A DNA stretch of 63,896 nt, the filler included, from Dimargaris cristalligena (Eukaryota): NCBI GenBank assembly GCA_003614675.1. It is 13 parts of 13 records of this genome, joined end to end, with 100 filler letters (N's around TTAATTAATTAA, not from the genome) between each part and the next. Parts side by side here need not be neighbours in the genome. Positions count along the whole stretch, not along the records: positions 35,009 to 39,880 come from ML003715.1; positions 39,981 to 44,850 come from ML003716.1; positions 44,951 to 49,814 come from ML003717.1; positions 49,915 to 54,780 come from ML003718.1; 9 more parts are not named here. One strand, given 5' to 3'. Numbering within the stretch: the stretch's first letter is position 1; each line of letters opens with the position of its first letter. Below, piece after piece: positions 37,732 to 51,627 of the stretch. The translations under genes and the position numbers were made by a program. The notes under the pieces are model-generated. The model made no database searches and was not told the origin of the DNA. It was given only the letters and a program-made list of their open reading frames with translations.

Positions 37732-37907
37732 GCGTAGTAGTTCAACCAGCCTGTTGTCCCATTGGCCTTATTCTATGTGACGCAAACGGCGGTTATCTAG
37801 GCCACGATTACATGGGTGAAAAAGCGTTTGCGCTTTTCGATTGAGGTTGAATGGGCGTGTAGATAAGTTGGTGAATTTGGGCAAGGGGGGTTGGGTTGAA
37901 ACGTCCC
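37732..37907. mobile_element. Possible related MITE (similar TIRs, different interior)
   Basis: GTAGTTCAACCAGCC ... GGTTGGGTTGAAACGTCCC resembles the 136-bp family termini. Confidence 0.35.
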
Positions 37908-40900
37908 TATTAATAATAAATCCGTATTACATGGTATTGTTCAGCTTGGTATACACTGGAGCGACTACAGCCATGTATTGCGGTATAGTTATTGTTGACT
38001 GATATGAGTGCGGTGATAATGGCCGATTAGTAGCAGGAAATATTAACGTGAAATAAAATCGTTTTAGTTGAGTAGATAAATATTAGGGAGATAGAGTAAT
38101 ATGTGAGATAGTTTCAGGTAGAGGGTAGCTGGTAAGGTCCGCAACCCAACCCCTCGAGTACCTTAATCATATTTGGAAGTGGGGATGGGGGTTCCTATAG
38201 TCGGTTTTCGTAAGGGAAAGTCAGTGAGTAGCGCTGTGACCAAATCCAAGTACAGGTCAACTGAGTACAGTGGCTAATGGTTACCAAGGGAGCGGAATAC
38301 AGCCAGGAACAATAAAATTACATGGGAATGAGCACCTAAACTGACCGCACCAAAAATGGCACCTCCCAGTGGGTCAACAAGTTCGTTAATAATAGGACCA
38401 GGCCATTTAAGTAAGAATGCGAGCAGACCTGCGTTGAGGCTCGTACTGAGCCCATTTCTTCAACCATGACCATATGGACTGGTTTGTGGCATTTTTTTCT
38501 TTGGAATTTTTTACGGGTTGTCAAATACTGCCAGCGACAGAAAGGATTATACTGTTACTACCACACCACCCGCTTAAGCACCAATTTTGTATTGCAATCA
38601 ACGTGTTTTGTATTTCCTCTATTGAATAGTTACTACCCCTTATCGGATTCTCTCTTCAAATTCTAATTCAGTTTGTTGACTCTTTTTCCTCACACTCACC
38701 TATACTTGACGCCCTTTGCCACTTTTATATTTGGGTATGACCCCTTATACTACCTACTACATTTAAAATTGTATGTCCTAGGTGCTGCTATCTCTCATCT
38801 AGCAGGGCCTTCAGACTGTGGGCATCTACTTGATTTTGGCTCCTTCTACCGGCATCAAATCAGACACTCTAAGTAACCAGTGAGCTTGCTGGTTTGTACT
38901 CATATTGGAGAATGAGGTGGTTCATAAAATGCTGAGCAAGGCAAATGCTGTCAAAATTGCTGTATCTGCTGGACCAGACATATCAATGCATGTCTGTGTA
39001 TCTGGGTGATGGTCAGCCCGAAGGTATAATGAAGAATCCAACTGATGCAGCAGGTATTGTGCCAGTGATTTGAGGTACCTCCATTCTGATATCAGAGCTG
39101 GGGTTGGATGCCCCACTCCCTTCTGGACTGGAAGGTTCACCAGACATCGGTTTCAAGGGGCCAGTGCCTGGATGTAACATGGAGAACTCGGGAAATGGTC
39201 CTTTGACTAGTCAGATTGGCTCGGAGCTGTTATCAGAGGTTGAACTGGGGTACAGTGCAAAGTGTTCCACATGAAATAATCATACACTCCCATCATCGGA
39301 GTTAGGTACTGGAGGAGCCATGGTGGCTGCGTGCTGAAAATATAAGATAATGAAATTTAGGAAAATGAAAAATTGACTTCCGGTTGAAGTCCTCAGCTGA
39401 TACTGGGTAAAACACTGGGTGAAGTTAAAATAGATATTTATTCTGAATAATAAAAACTTATCTCAAAGATAACTTGCCATTTTAAGGGCCAGCTGGGTAA
39501 CTATAAATAAGAAAAATCGATGTTACAGCCTTAAGACTATACTATGACCTTTTGGATGTCATCCTCAAATGAACTGACAACCATAAAACCACAAAGGGAA
39601 AAACTGGTTGGGTCCTTAAGTTTAAACAATGTACGAGAAGAGAAAGGAAAAATGGAAAATGGAAAAAACAAGAATGCCTCAGATCCTCCAGGGCATTCAT
39701 AGAAATAAGATGTAAATAAGGAAAAATTTTATGTCACTCCCTTATTCTAGTGTGAGGGCTATTTCCACTAACTCGTCTGGAATCACGTAGCTGACAAAAA
39801 TAGAAGTAGTTAGTGGGTCTGTTGGAAGTGGAAGTGATTAGGCCCAAACACTGATCAGCAAAATGGAGGTCTTCCAAGTGNNNNNNNNNNNNNNNNNNNN
39901 NNNNNNNNNNNNNNNNNNNNNNNNTTAATTAATTAANNNNNNNNNNNNNNNNNNNNNNNNNNNNNNNNNNNNNNNNNNNNCCCCATATTACCTAGTTACT
40001 GATTTAAATTTATTAGTCATCATCATTCTTCTCCTGCCCCTCGAGTTTGGATATAACCCCAACCATTCCCCCCACAGCTTGCTCTTTAGCTTGCAACTCC
40101 TCTTTTGTTTTCTCTTTCTGATATTTAGTCTAATAAACCTATATTCCATCTTTTGAAGTCCTGTCCATCTTGTGGTACCTGGTCTTACTTATAGCCCATC
40201 ATAACACCCAGGCACCTTGAGTCCTCCAAACCTGACAGCCAGTGACCCTGCCGACCCCGGAGAGGACAAGGGGTCCAACCCCAGCCTTAGTCCTGGAAGG
40301 GAGGGGCCTCAAACCACTGGCCCAACACCTCCCCTGTCCTCCCATGAACATAGAAGCACCACCATGGGGTCGGGATGAAAGGTTGATTAGTGAGTAGAGA
40401 GTGGTAATACAAATGGTACTTGTAGGTTACAGTTATTTGAGAATATCCAATATGAGCTCTTTATAATCCCTTCTCAATTTCTTGTTTCTGTTGCTGGTTC
40501 TCGGCCAATATACTCATATATGGAATATCACCAGGTATATAATACTGACTTGCCTCTATGGCTACCCCCATAGACACATTTTTTCGACCAGGTCAATAAA
40601 CAGGTGACCTTGCATTAGATTTGTATTATTTTAATTCCCTATTATTTTGGCGGAATGGGCACCTTTAGCTAAAGCTAACCATTTCATGTAATACGGAATT
40701 GGTCCCAGTTCTCTGTTAACTGGAAATTTCAACTTATTATTCAAAGGAGGGTGTTGCGGGCAATCAGTGGAACAGCATAGTCCCATTGTAAGAGTCTGTG
40801 TATCTTAGTTGAGTATAACGGGTATCTCCCTCTGTGTCCTTTGTAACTACTTTCACTTTGTACCATCGGCAACTCTGTTCCCCCCCCCAGACTCTCTGGT

Positions 40901-41139
40901 TTACTATAGTTGTGGGTGCCAGAGGCATCCAATAACCTCCCCGGCGGAATACAACTTGGGCTCCCACTACTCAATCCTCAATTCGCCACAAATGCATAGA
41001 TTGGGGGGCCTCCTGTTCTCTTCGTAATCTTCAAATTACCCTTTTACCATTCTTCAACTACTTGTTTTAATTAACCGCGTTCTGCCATGGATACCAATGG
41101 GGTAAGAGGTGTGTACTAACGATGAGTGCATATTTATAT

Positions 41140-41275
41140 GGGAGAGGTTCAACTAGGCTGTATAACGAAAAACTTGTTCCATACGGCAAAGACTACCAGT
41201 CAAAAATGAATCCCTCGCCTATTTTTCCACGCCCATTTAATGTCAACCTTTATACAGCTGGGTCAAATTTCAAAC
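41140..41275 (+). mobile_element. 136-bp MITE, diverged, ~250 bp upstream of CWC27
   Basis: GGGAGAGGTTCAACTAGGCTGTATAA ... TTATACAGCTGGGTCAAATTTCA. Confidence 0.75.
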
Positions 41276-41527
41276 ACAGTGAAATACATTAGGCTGGACC
41301 GAATTTGAGTCGAGTGAGTTTGCACTTGCTTTACTAGATTCATGCGTTTAGTGAATGTGTAGCGAAAACATCTATTGCCTTCTCCTTTACTACACATAGG
41401 TATTCATACTTCTTTTGCGAATGTACCTGCTTTCAAGTCCTTTCCCTTAGCCTAGCTTGGCCGCATTCTATAAACCGTCTTCTTGTTCTAAAACCCCCTG
41501 CCGATTGCCTCCGGACCGCTCTACCCC

Positions 41528-43736
41528 ATGAGCTCAATTTACAACCAGGAGCCCCTAACCAGGTAAGATCTAGTACGTCGGAGTGCCTCTTCAGCGAAAT
41601 TTGTTGTCGTACAGTTCAAAAACACGGCAGACATTGCGTCAATTGGTTTGCTTATGTCATAAGACGCGTGTTGTCTTCGGTTCCCCATGTGCGTCTCCTA
41701 TTTCCGTAACTGCTGACATTCATTTCGACCCCTCTCATTCCACCACTGCCCACAATATGTATGGCTGCCTTAGGGGCGAGGTAACACTCAGGACAAGTGT
41801 AGGCGATATCAATGTCGCCTTATGGCCCAAGGAGGCCCCCAAAGCGTGCCGTAACTTCGTTCAACTCTGCTTGGAAGGCTATTACGAGAACACTATATTT
41901 CACCGAGTTGTGGCAGATTTTATTGTTCAGGGTGGCGATCCCACTGGGACTGGGGAAGGTAAGTTATTCATTTCGTTGAAGTTGTACGGACGGTGCTCGA
42001 CAAAGGGCTGATAAGGTGGTATCGGCTGTACCCACATGGGCATTGGAGAATCACGGATGACGGGCAGTTGGCTTAATCTATTTCCCAATTTGCTTATATA
42101 ATTATGTATGCAATGGTTGATAATACTAGGGGGTGAGTCCATCTATGGAGAGCCCTTCAAAGATGAGTTTCACTCGCGACTAAGATTTACTCGACGTGGC
42201 TTACTTGCCATGGCAAACGCCGGCAAGAATGATAATGGCAGTCAGTTTTTTTTTACACTCGCCCCCGCCGAGGAGTTGCAGAGCAAACATACCATTTTTG
42301 GCACAGTAGGTTACTAATTTATTAGATGGTACTCCCAAACAGCGAGCTAATCACAATACCATGTTGGCCACGCTCACCCATTGCTTTAAGCCTATCCTAG
42401 GCCATCTCTAAACTTGTCCAATATCCGGGCCAATCTAGATTTGGCACTTATTGTTTAATGAATCTTTTATTATACTATCCTTTATTTATTTATGTTCGTT
42501 CTGGATATCTGGCAGGTCCTCGGTGACTCCATTTTTAACGTCCTAAAAATCGGCCAATTAGAAACTGATGCCGACGAGAGGCCCCTAAAGCCGCCTAAAA
42601 TACTCGAAATTACCGTAACCGACAACCCCTTTGACGATATCGTACCCCGGATAACCACCGCAGAGCGGCGGGAACAGCTAATAAGACAAGAAACTGCCGA
42701 ATCAGCCAATGCCCAATTCCGTAAACGCAAAAAGAAGAGTGTGGAAAATAAGAATCTGCTCTCGTTTGCCAACGATGAAGACGATGAGAGTGGCGAGTCG
42801 GGTAGTCCGGCTGTAGGGGCGGATGGCCCACCACCACCAAGTAAATTCAAGATGCGCAGTCTTCACGATGTAGTAAAGAATGATCCCAAACTGTCACAAA
42901 AGACCCACCACCAAGTCGAAGAGCCCCCCATCAAAGTAAGTGATTTACCATCAGTGAATTGGTCACGCCGCGTTAGGTCCTATCACTTATGTATATAATA
43001 TGGCATCGGCAATAACACCCAACTGACTTTTACTTTTGCTTGTTGAATATCTATTTTTTATCGGTTGATGTATATATGAATAGAAGCCCCGATCCTCGCC
43101 GCCACCCGAAGCCAAGAAAATTTCATCGCTTCAACCCTCACCTGAGGCCAATAGGTCCAATACTATTGATGAGGTGGCTGAGCCTAAGCTAGATACCACC
43201 ACCCCCGACCCGGATGCGTCAATCAATCCCGGCAGTGTCAAGAAATCATCTAAAAAGAAGGCCGCAGCGTTGTTTATCAATGAATTTAAAAAGGATAAAG
43301 GGTCGACCGGCCGCCGGCGGCCTGCGAATTATGAGGATGATGTAAGTTCGTTGATATGTGGTCATATGAATAGCTACTGTGAATTGAAGAGGGTTGTGGG
43401 GCAGTGCCGGCCAAACCAAAGCTTTAACTTAAGTCTAAACACCCCGGTTCCCTTCGTGACTAATCATTTCAATAATTCCGGCATTGCCACTGACTCGTAC
43501 ACCTATCCACTCACTAGCTAATGGCCAAATTGTCGGCCTTTAGGAATCGCATTCGTAAGGTTGGCCAAGCTGAGGCTTCGAGCGAGGCTGAGCCAGGAGA
43601 ATCCACCGATAAAAGCTGGCTAAACCACCGGTTAGTATTCAGCCAAGATAAGTCGGATAACAACGGGTCTGTATCTACTGGCAAGGACAAGCTCACTGAC
43701 TACGTTGTACTTGATCCGAAACGGCCAACCAAGTAG
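41528..43736 (+). CDS. CWC27: Spliceosomal cyclophilin CWC27, 6 exons (41528-41562, 41774-41958, 42130-42305, 42516-42935, 43084-43341, 43518-43736)
   Basis: [62 protein letters not shown] and KNKNLLSF-like motif. GT-AG junctions. Confidence 0.92.
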
Positions 43737-44950
43737 CTAAGAGGGAGGGTCTAAGCCGCAATAGACGGCTGATGTAGTGGAACGTGGCGAGATTTTTGAC
43801 TGGTCGTCGGTAGCAATGTATCCCACTAGCCAACTTAGTATATTACCTGGTATGGTGGATAAATCTCGCTCCTCCGACGACTCGTTAACTACTGACAGCC
43901 GAAAATTACAGCATAACCAAAAATGGTTCGCCGCCTTATTTTTATCCCCGGCCCTGAGAAAACACTAAAAATGACTAAGCCGGGTGGATCCTTCAGCAGT
44001 TTCTCAACAGCCAACTTTTCCGATCTCATCACAATCGATGTACTAGTTCTTCCTTCACATCCCCTCTTCTTCCGCTACGGCATCTCCTCTCCTCCCCCAC
44101 AAGGAATAAAAAAACCCCTATTTCAAAGTGCTACATTATGTTGTGCTGAGCGTTAAGCCTCTTAATAATATATAAGGTCGAAAATACCTGTTAATGCAAG
44201 ACGTTCATTGTCAGACTTTCCCAGTATTGTTGGTAAAATCAGGATGTTGGCAGGAACCTGGTCTGACAGGAAATAACTGGTTTTGGTGAGAACTTCAACA
44301 GTCAATAAGAGAAACTACCGAGAGGTCAAAAAGAGTGACTATGTCGTAATTCCACAGATCCTGTCACAAAGTCGCCACTACCAAAAGAGTAACATAGCAA
44401 CTGGTGTATTTATTTTGGTAATTCTCTATTCTCTGGTGCCTGTTTAATTTAGGCAACCACTGGGCCATTGCTACGAATTGCGTTGGCATTGTAGCCAAAT
44501 AGTGGAATTTCTTTAGCAAATGGGTGAAATTCAACCCGACTATATAGAGTAAAACCATATAGGTGGGCCATCATATTCAGGTCACGTGACATTTGGGTGA
44601 TGGACATAACCTTCCCCCCCCTCCTATGCTATCTACCCATCCATCACTGCTAATATAAGCCAAAGAGACTTGACCTATATTGTAATGGGGAGGGGGTATG
44701 CCTAGAAAGGGTAGGGGTAGTGCTGATACTTAATTGGTATTAGCATAGTAGGTGGTGTTATATTTATGCATATAATTGTATTAACCCCATAATATAATTA
44801 TAAGCCCTGTCCTTTTAAGCTCTACCCTATTTGTTTTAATTAGCTCTTTANNNNNNNNNNNNNNNNNNNNNNNNNNNNNNNNNNNNNNNNNNNNTTAATT
44901 AATTAANNNNNNNNNNNNNNNNNNNNNNNNNNNNNNNNNNNNNNNNNNNN

Positions 44951-47769
44951 ATGGCGGAAGCCTGGGCATCAGGCAAAATCACGGGGGTGGCGGAGGAGGA
45001 AGTATCCGACGGGGTTTTCGAGTTGGCCTCATCCAACAAGCGAGCCAGGACAGTTGACTGGGCCAGAATATTTTGCGGTTTGATGTCGCGGTGGACAATA
45101 TTACAGGTGTGTAAAAAGTGGAGCCCTTCGATAATGCCACGAAGGACCGGTCGGAAATCAAGCAGGCGGTAAGTATCCCCCAAGATCGACTCCGGGCGGG
45201 GCGCCACCACCAGGTCGTACAACGAGGCTTGGCACAAGTCCAGGGCAATGTAAAAGAACTGATCATCATGGGTACAGTGGCGGTACTGGATTAGGTTGGC
45301 GTGGCTCCGACTGGCCTCGAGGATGGAGACCTCCCGGGACGCAATGTCGTAGTTGGCCCGTAGGAGCTGTTTAATGGCTACCCGGTCCGCCCCGAACTTG
45401 CCCTGGTACACGCAGGTGCCATAGCTACCCCGCCCTAGGACGCGAGGTGAAATGAACAGCGATCCTACTCGCCGGGGATATTCCTCATCCGGTTCCGAAT
45501 GCAAAAAGGGGGCGGCTACGGGCAGCTCCGGGAGTGAAGGTGAACCCGATTCAGCCCCTTCTGTAGCGGGAAGAGTGAGGGAATCTACGGATGGGGGGTT
45601 GTCAGGTAGCGACAAAGTCGGGACTGCGGTCGATCCGGTGGAGGCTAGCGGGGAAGGCGGAGCGGAGTCGCCTGTGAGCTGTTTAAGGGGACCGGGAATT
45701 TCCGTGGGCATCGTATCCTGGGCGGGCGTCAAAAAGCGGAGAAGGGGTAGGAGTAATTTCTCGTACGCAAAGTGCTGGGGATTGCGGAAAAGTTGGGGCA
45801 TATGTAGCTCGATCACTTCACGCCACGTCCACTGGTGGTGGTCCACAACGAGATACATGAGGATCAAGCCCAATAGGACAGTGAATATGAGCGACCGCCA
45901 GACGTGGGCCCAGTAGGCATAGAGCCCGCTCACCAAAAGGCGGAGGAGGGCCCGGCCGATTGTAGGCTGGCGAGGCCCAGTGGCTGAACCCGGCATCTCG
46001 ACGGGGGGCAACGCGAGTTGGTTATTCTGATAGCGGGGGAGGTATCCGAAGTTGACGTAATTGGGAACCGAGCCGAGGGGGTTTGTATTTAAACGGGGAA
46101 TGAGCTGAGAAGGGGGCTGGGTGGCCTCAATAGTAGGTTGAAAAGGGGGCCGCTCCACCCGATCCTCCGTACTAGGGATACGAAACACGTTATAGCTACC
46201 AACAAGGCAGATGGGGTGGTGCCGGTGGCCTCGGGTGCATACCAATTCTTGGCCGACGTACCCATCGGTATCATTTTGGTAAGGGCCGTTGGCCGGATTA
46301 TTAAAGGTTCCGTTCCGCAGCATATCGGGGCAGGGAAAGGTCGAGGTCCCGCACAGTTCCTCGGATTCCGTCCCATGGGTATGGCCGGATTCATTGGATG
46401 AGCCCGTTGAAGAGCCGACCGACGACGAGTGGGAGGTCGACTTCGGGGCCTCGATGCGGTGGTGGGATTTGGGCCCATCGGACAGTTCAATTCTATCCAC
46501 GGCGCTAAAGGTATCGGGGTAGACATAGGCGCCGCCTTCGGTGATGCCCACGTACGCGGCAGTGGATAGGGACGGGGTGGAGCCGCCCGCCCCCGGTGTA
46601 CGGGACTTCCCGACCCCGGGGGGAACTGAGTCGATTTCGGATCGCTGGGGCGCGTGGGGCAGAACCACCCAGGGGCTTTGTCGGTCCAGGGTCCACAAAT
46701 CAAAAATACGGTTAACAGGGCTGGCCAACTGGTGCGACCACAGAACGCGCTGACTCCGACGGTCGCGCGCCACCACCGCCCCCTTGTGGGAGGTAAGTAC
46801 TTGGAAGGGGCGCAAGTCGACCCGGGTGGAGTCAAAGGGCATGGTATAGGGGGCGTCGGGCTCGTACTCGCTATAGATGACATTCCATTTGAGTCGGTTG
46901 TTTTGAATATCAAAAATCCGCAGCCGGTACTCGGTACGGGCTAGATAAATGGTGTTACGCTCGTCATGCGCGGCCGAGGAACCGGAGGAAGCATTGACCT
47001 CGGGGGAACCCGTGGCCAGTCGGTCCCCATCGTCGTCGATTGTGAAAATGTTGGCAATCTGGCCCGAAATTAGATTTACCGCGTAGTAACGGGTCCGTTT
47101 GGACCCCAGGTATAGTAGGCCATTGTGACGCGACGGGGAGCGGGCAACCATGTTCTTGATGGTCAATGACGAATCGATTAGGACGTTGTTAGCCTGTAAT
47201 TTGTAGATTTTGCCATCGCCGAACGGGGCCACCAGGTGGATATCGTCGCTAGGTGGTGGTGGCGGCGGCGGTGACGAATGGGAACCAGTCTTATTATCTG
47301 ACCGCTGGCCACGTGAATCCTCTTCCCTGGGAACTTCAGAGGTAATGTTTCGGGAGCCTTGTAAGGGTGGCGAGGGAACCCGGTTACGGGACTCACCAGA
47401 ACCACCCTCCTCCTGGGCGGAATCACTGTGGGTCGGCATATTCCGAACGATAGGTCCCCCGAACGAACTACGCGACCAAAGTAGCCGACCGTCGGTGCTA
47501 TTTAGGGCCGAGAGTCGGCCATCGACCGTGGTCAAGAGGATGATGTCGGAGTAGTAGGACTCTTTGGGAATCCCGGTGAAGTACTGGAGAGCGTTGGTGG
47601 TCTCCAGGGCCGGTACGGCAGGCGGCGGCGAAGACACCTCGGCGGCAGCTACAATCCCACCCCACGACCAATCTAAACAGCACCCAGGCGACTGAGCGGA
47701 CCAGTCCTGCCAAGACCAAAAGGCATTGGCGCCGAATGTTACGAGAGCAAGTGCCCAGAGTGGCCACAT
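44951..47769 (-). CDS. IRE1: IRE1 ER-stress sensor kinase/RNase (C-terminal kinase lobe and RNase cut off by the contig end)
   Basis: Signal peptide, lumenal motifs (TVDGRLSAL, LYLGSK, IYLARTEY), a TM segment, then LGRGSYGTCVY, VAIK, HANLIQY, IALDLC and HRDIKPQN. Confidence 0.93.
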
Positions 47770-49406
47770 TTCGCGTCAGGTTTATGGGGGCCGTGTATGC
47801 AAAGGTAAATATATATATATATATATATGTGGGTGTGTTTGAGGGCTCGCGCTGACAACACCGGCTAGCGAGCTGAGGATATTCTACAAAAATAAATAAA
47901 GTGTTTATATAGATATAGATGGGGTATGCATAGGCTAATAAAGTATGGGGAGAGAAGACAGAAAAACAACTAGGGAGGAATAAAGAGACGAGAATGAGAA
48001 AGATAGCTGGGACTCTCGCTATTGGCACAGGTAGCTGGAAAAGAAAACCACGGGACTGGACAACACGGTATTACGTTGAATATTAAAAGATGAGGAGAGT
48101 GCGCTGGTCCCGAAAGTCCGACTGACGAAAAGAAGACACTTTATTTATAAAAGGGTATAAAAGGGAGAGCTCTGCATTCCAGTGTTGAGCAGGGAATGGC
48201 CTAGTAAAGGTAGCAGTTACAACAGAGACAGAAGCAACTGACTCTACGGAAGAAGTGAGTGGAATAGAGACTAAGGACATCGGTCCCTGGATAGTAGGTG
48301 GGATGATTGCCCTACTTCTGAACCAAATATATTCCGCGCTTGACACGTAAACAGCGGGTGTGCACTCAGAGCCAATGCCTCTTACTTCGCCATAAATGTC
48401 CTAACTACAGACTGCAGCTACTTTAATCCCCCTCACCACCTCGGTCCGCTGGAACTGGCGGGTCTGTGGGGCACATACGCTTCAAGACGAAGAAATAGCA
48501 CCAATCCCCCTGTGGTAGAGGGGCATGGTAATACGCCGTCGCACTGAGGAACGGCCATCCTCGGAGCCTTGCACCAGAAGGTTCCAAGGCAGTTGGAGCG
48601 AGTGATTACACAATGGTTATGCTATCCTTTAGTATGCATTACCTCTCCTTGTCGACGCCCGCAGGGTGATCATTAATTGGATCGTATTGTTCATGGGCAG
48701 AGGAAAGAGGTGGCCCACTTAGGCCTGTGCTAGCTCTCCATACGAACACCCAAAAGGGGGAACTTGTTGACTATTGTTTGGGACATCTCCATAGCGAACT
48801 AGAGCAAGACACACACAAGCCCACGGAGTTCCCCGCCGAGACATCCCCCTCCTTTTCCCTACACATACGGAAGTCTGGCGCTCTCACGCACGATGCAACA
48901 TTCCTTTGACTCCCATAGGTACAAAGGTATGCCTTTTACCCTTAGTAACTGTAAATAATTAGGGCGAATGATTTTGTAGTAGGGCGGTATGTGAAATACA
49001 ACCATGGCGATGCTATATGGTTATACAGTCTATGACCTAATATATCCTACGGCTCTCTTTAAGTATTACAAGTCAGCTGTCTCCGTCAGTGATGCGCAAA
49101 CAGGTTACCTCTTGGAACCTTTAACAGCAGTGGCCTTGACAATACGGCTGGGCTATTTTAATCTGCCCAGGTCTAAGGGCAGCGTGCAACTCAACAATTT
49201 TCTTCAAAGTAAACTTTGCTTTATCACAAATAATTGGAATATTAAAATATATATGAATTAATCACAGTATATATATATATATATAATAGGGCCAGTAGAC
49301 CACCAAATGGGTAATGAGTTATCAGAATCAGGGTTCTGGCGACCAGTGAGGTCGGGCAGTGGGCGGTATGTGAGCGGGCCGCTACGCCCTCTCCATCCCG
49401 GCCAAA

Positions 49407-49814
49407 TTAATTGTACTCGTCGTGCTGATCTTCCGAGTCATGGAAGGTGTTACCCATGTCCTCGTCATCGTCGTAGTGGCGGAAGAAGTACCAGAACAAG
49501 CAGGCGGCGGCGAAGGCAATCACAGCCAGGATAGTGTACATGTACTGCAGGAAGGGATCCGTCAGGGCGGGCAAAAAGGCGAAGCCCAGGATACTACCAC
49601 CGCAGTTGGTGAAGAGGAAGATGGACATGACGATGGATTTCATGGAGGCAGGGGCCTTGGTGTAGGCGTACTCAAGTCCGGTAATCGAAGCAAAGATTTC
49701 CGAAATCGAAATAAACAGGTAACTGGGGGCCTGGGCCCCTACGGTAATGTCGTTCGGAACGTTGGGGCGTAGTTGGAAATCGACGGTTGATCGGCAATAC
49801 GGAGCGAAGCAATC
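49407..49814 (-). CDS. PTR2: POT/PTR2-family oligopeptide transporter, C-terminal part
   Basis: PNDITVGAQAPSYLFISISEIFASITGLEYAYTKAPASMKSIVMSIFL is the typical fungal PTR2 C-terminal signature. Confidence 0.9.
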   Translation of the reverse strand, partial: DCFAPYCRSTVDFQLRPNVPNDITVGAQAPSYLFISISEIFASITGLEYAYTKAPASMKSIVMSIFLFTNCGGSILGFAFLPALTDPFLQYMYTILAVIAFAAACLFWYFFRHYDDDEDMGNTFHDSEDQHDEYN

Positions 49815-49914
49815 NNNNNNNNNNNNNNNNNNNNNNNNNNNNNNNNNNNNNNNNNNNNTTAATTAATTAANNNNNNNNNNNNNNNNNNNNNNNNNNNNNN
49901 NNNNNNNNNNNNNN

Positions 49915-51627
49915 CTGGTCCCGGAAGGTTCCCAGGGGCAAGTAGGGCTTCTGGGGCACGTAGAAGAGCTCCTGCGGGCGGGGTTTTACCACCGACCCGG
50001 CAAACTGGGGCCATAGGTCACCAAGAATACGGAACAGCGAGCTCTTTCCACAGCCGTTGGGGCCGGTGATTAGACAGTTCATACCTGACTCGATACGGAA
50101 GTTCAGGTCACGGACTAGAATGTCACCATTGGGAGTAACTACGGGTACATGAACAAAATCAATCACGCCGTCCTGGTATACCACATGGCCGCTCAGGGCT
50201 CGGGTATCCACCGTACCACTAGTGACCATGGCTTCCACTTCTTGGCGCTTGCGGTCAGCCGCGGTTTCGTCAAAGTCTTGGTCGGGATTGGCCGCCTTGT
50301 GTGCAGCAAGAAGGTTGGCCAAATCGGCGCCACCCTCCACCATCGACCGCTCGTACTTGCCAGCGCTGACGTCGTTCAACACCGTGAACAATTCCGACAC
50401 GCGGGCCGTGTAACCGGCGAATCGGGTAATGTCCCGACCGGCCAGAATGAGGCGACCCACGGCCTGGGACAGGTTGATTAGGAAACCGGAGTTACGCGAG
50501 TAGTCCTCCATAATCTGGGTCGGATCAACGGCTCCGCTGGCAACCTGGCCGGCATATTTCGGATCGAAAGCGGGGCGGGCGAGAATGTAGTAGGCGATCA
50601 TGGTGGCGCCGTATTTAACTAGTACCGAGTCGAACACACCGTTGAGGAAGCGTAGCTTATAGACCTTCTTGATGTGCTGCACAATGCGGCGGAAACTGCT
50701 GTTGACTAACTCCCGTTCGCGTTCACCGCCGTCGTAGAAGGCGATTTCTTCGGCATGGGTAATGATGCGCGAGTGAGTGTAACGGAACTGCCCCTCCAAG
50801 CTCTGTTCCATGGCCGTGTATTTACCGAACGGAGGTGAGATGTTGCGCAGAATGACGGCCGAGCAGAAGAAGTAGCCAACCATGGCCAAGGGGGCAGACC
50901 CACCAATGGCCTGGCCCAGCTTATAGGCGAACAGGAAAATATCCACCAAGGGCTTGAGGGTATCCGAGTACAAATGGCTGAGACTGTCCGAAAACTTGCT
51001 AATGTCCTGGGTGATGAGTTGGTCGACGTTCTGGATACGGGCATCCAGGTTGGTCATTTTATAGAAGGTAATGCCCTTGAGGTATTCGCTATGGGCGTGG
51101 CGGGTCAAGCGGGTACGGAACCGCAGGGACAGAGCATTGATAATTAATTTGAGCGAGTTGTTGACGATGGAAAGGGGCCACATCATAAATCCGAACTCCA
51201 GGGCCACTTTGGAGATGAACCGGGCCCGGTCTCGGGATACGATGGCCTTGACCACCATGCCGTTGAAGGAAGAGAACCAGATATCCAGCCATGACCGGAC
51301 AATAAGTACTGATGCGAGGGCAATTAGCATACCAAACTCGGGGCTTTTGAAGCCGGGAACACAGATGGGGAGGAGTCGCTTGATTTCAGCAATAAACTGG
51401 GCGTCGACTCCAATTTTCCGGGATCGCTTGCCACCAGCAGTCTTGCTGGAAAGGCCGGCCGCTTCAGGGGCCTTTTCCTGGGCCGACTTGGCGGCGGCGG
51501 CTTGTTTCTGTTTCTGCTGCCATTGGCGATGCAATTTGCGAACAGCAATACTGGCCACTAGAACCGCAGCGAATAACGATGTTTTGGACCGCTTAGAGCC
51601 CGCGAGAAGGGAAATGACGTGGGCCAT
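49915..51627 (-). CDS. Peroxisomal ABCD half-transporter (PMP70/PXA-like), 3'-truncated
   Basis: [18 protein letters not shown]-like [14 protein letters not shown], Walker [10 protein letters not shown] and FYVPQKPY. First ATG at 51627. A possible long 5'UTR intron spans 51721..52661 (GTAAGT..ACTAAC..TAG). Confidence 0.93.

Noticed and set aside
44581-44590. GTCACGTGAC palindrome (bHLH E-box)
   Set aside because: No target gene is visible on this contig.
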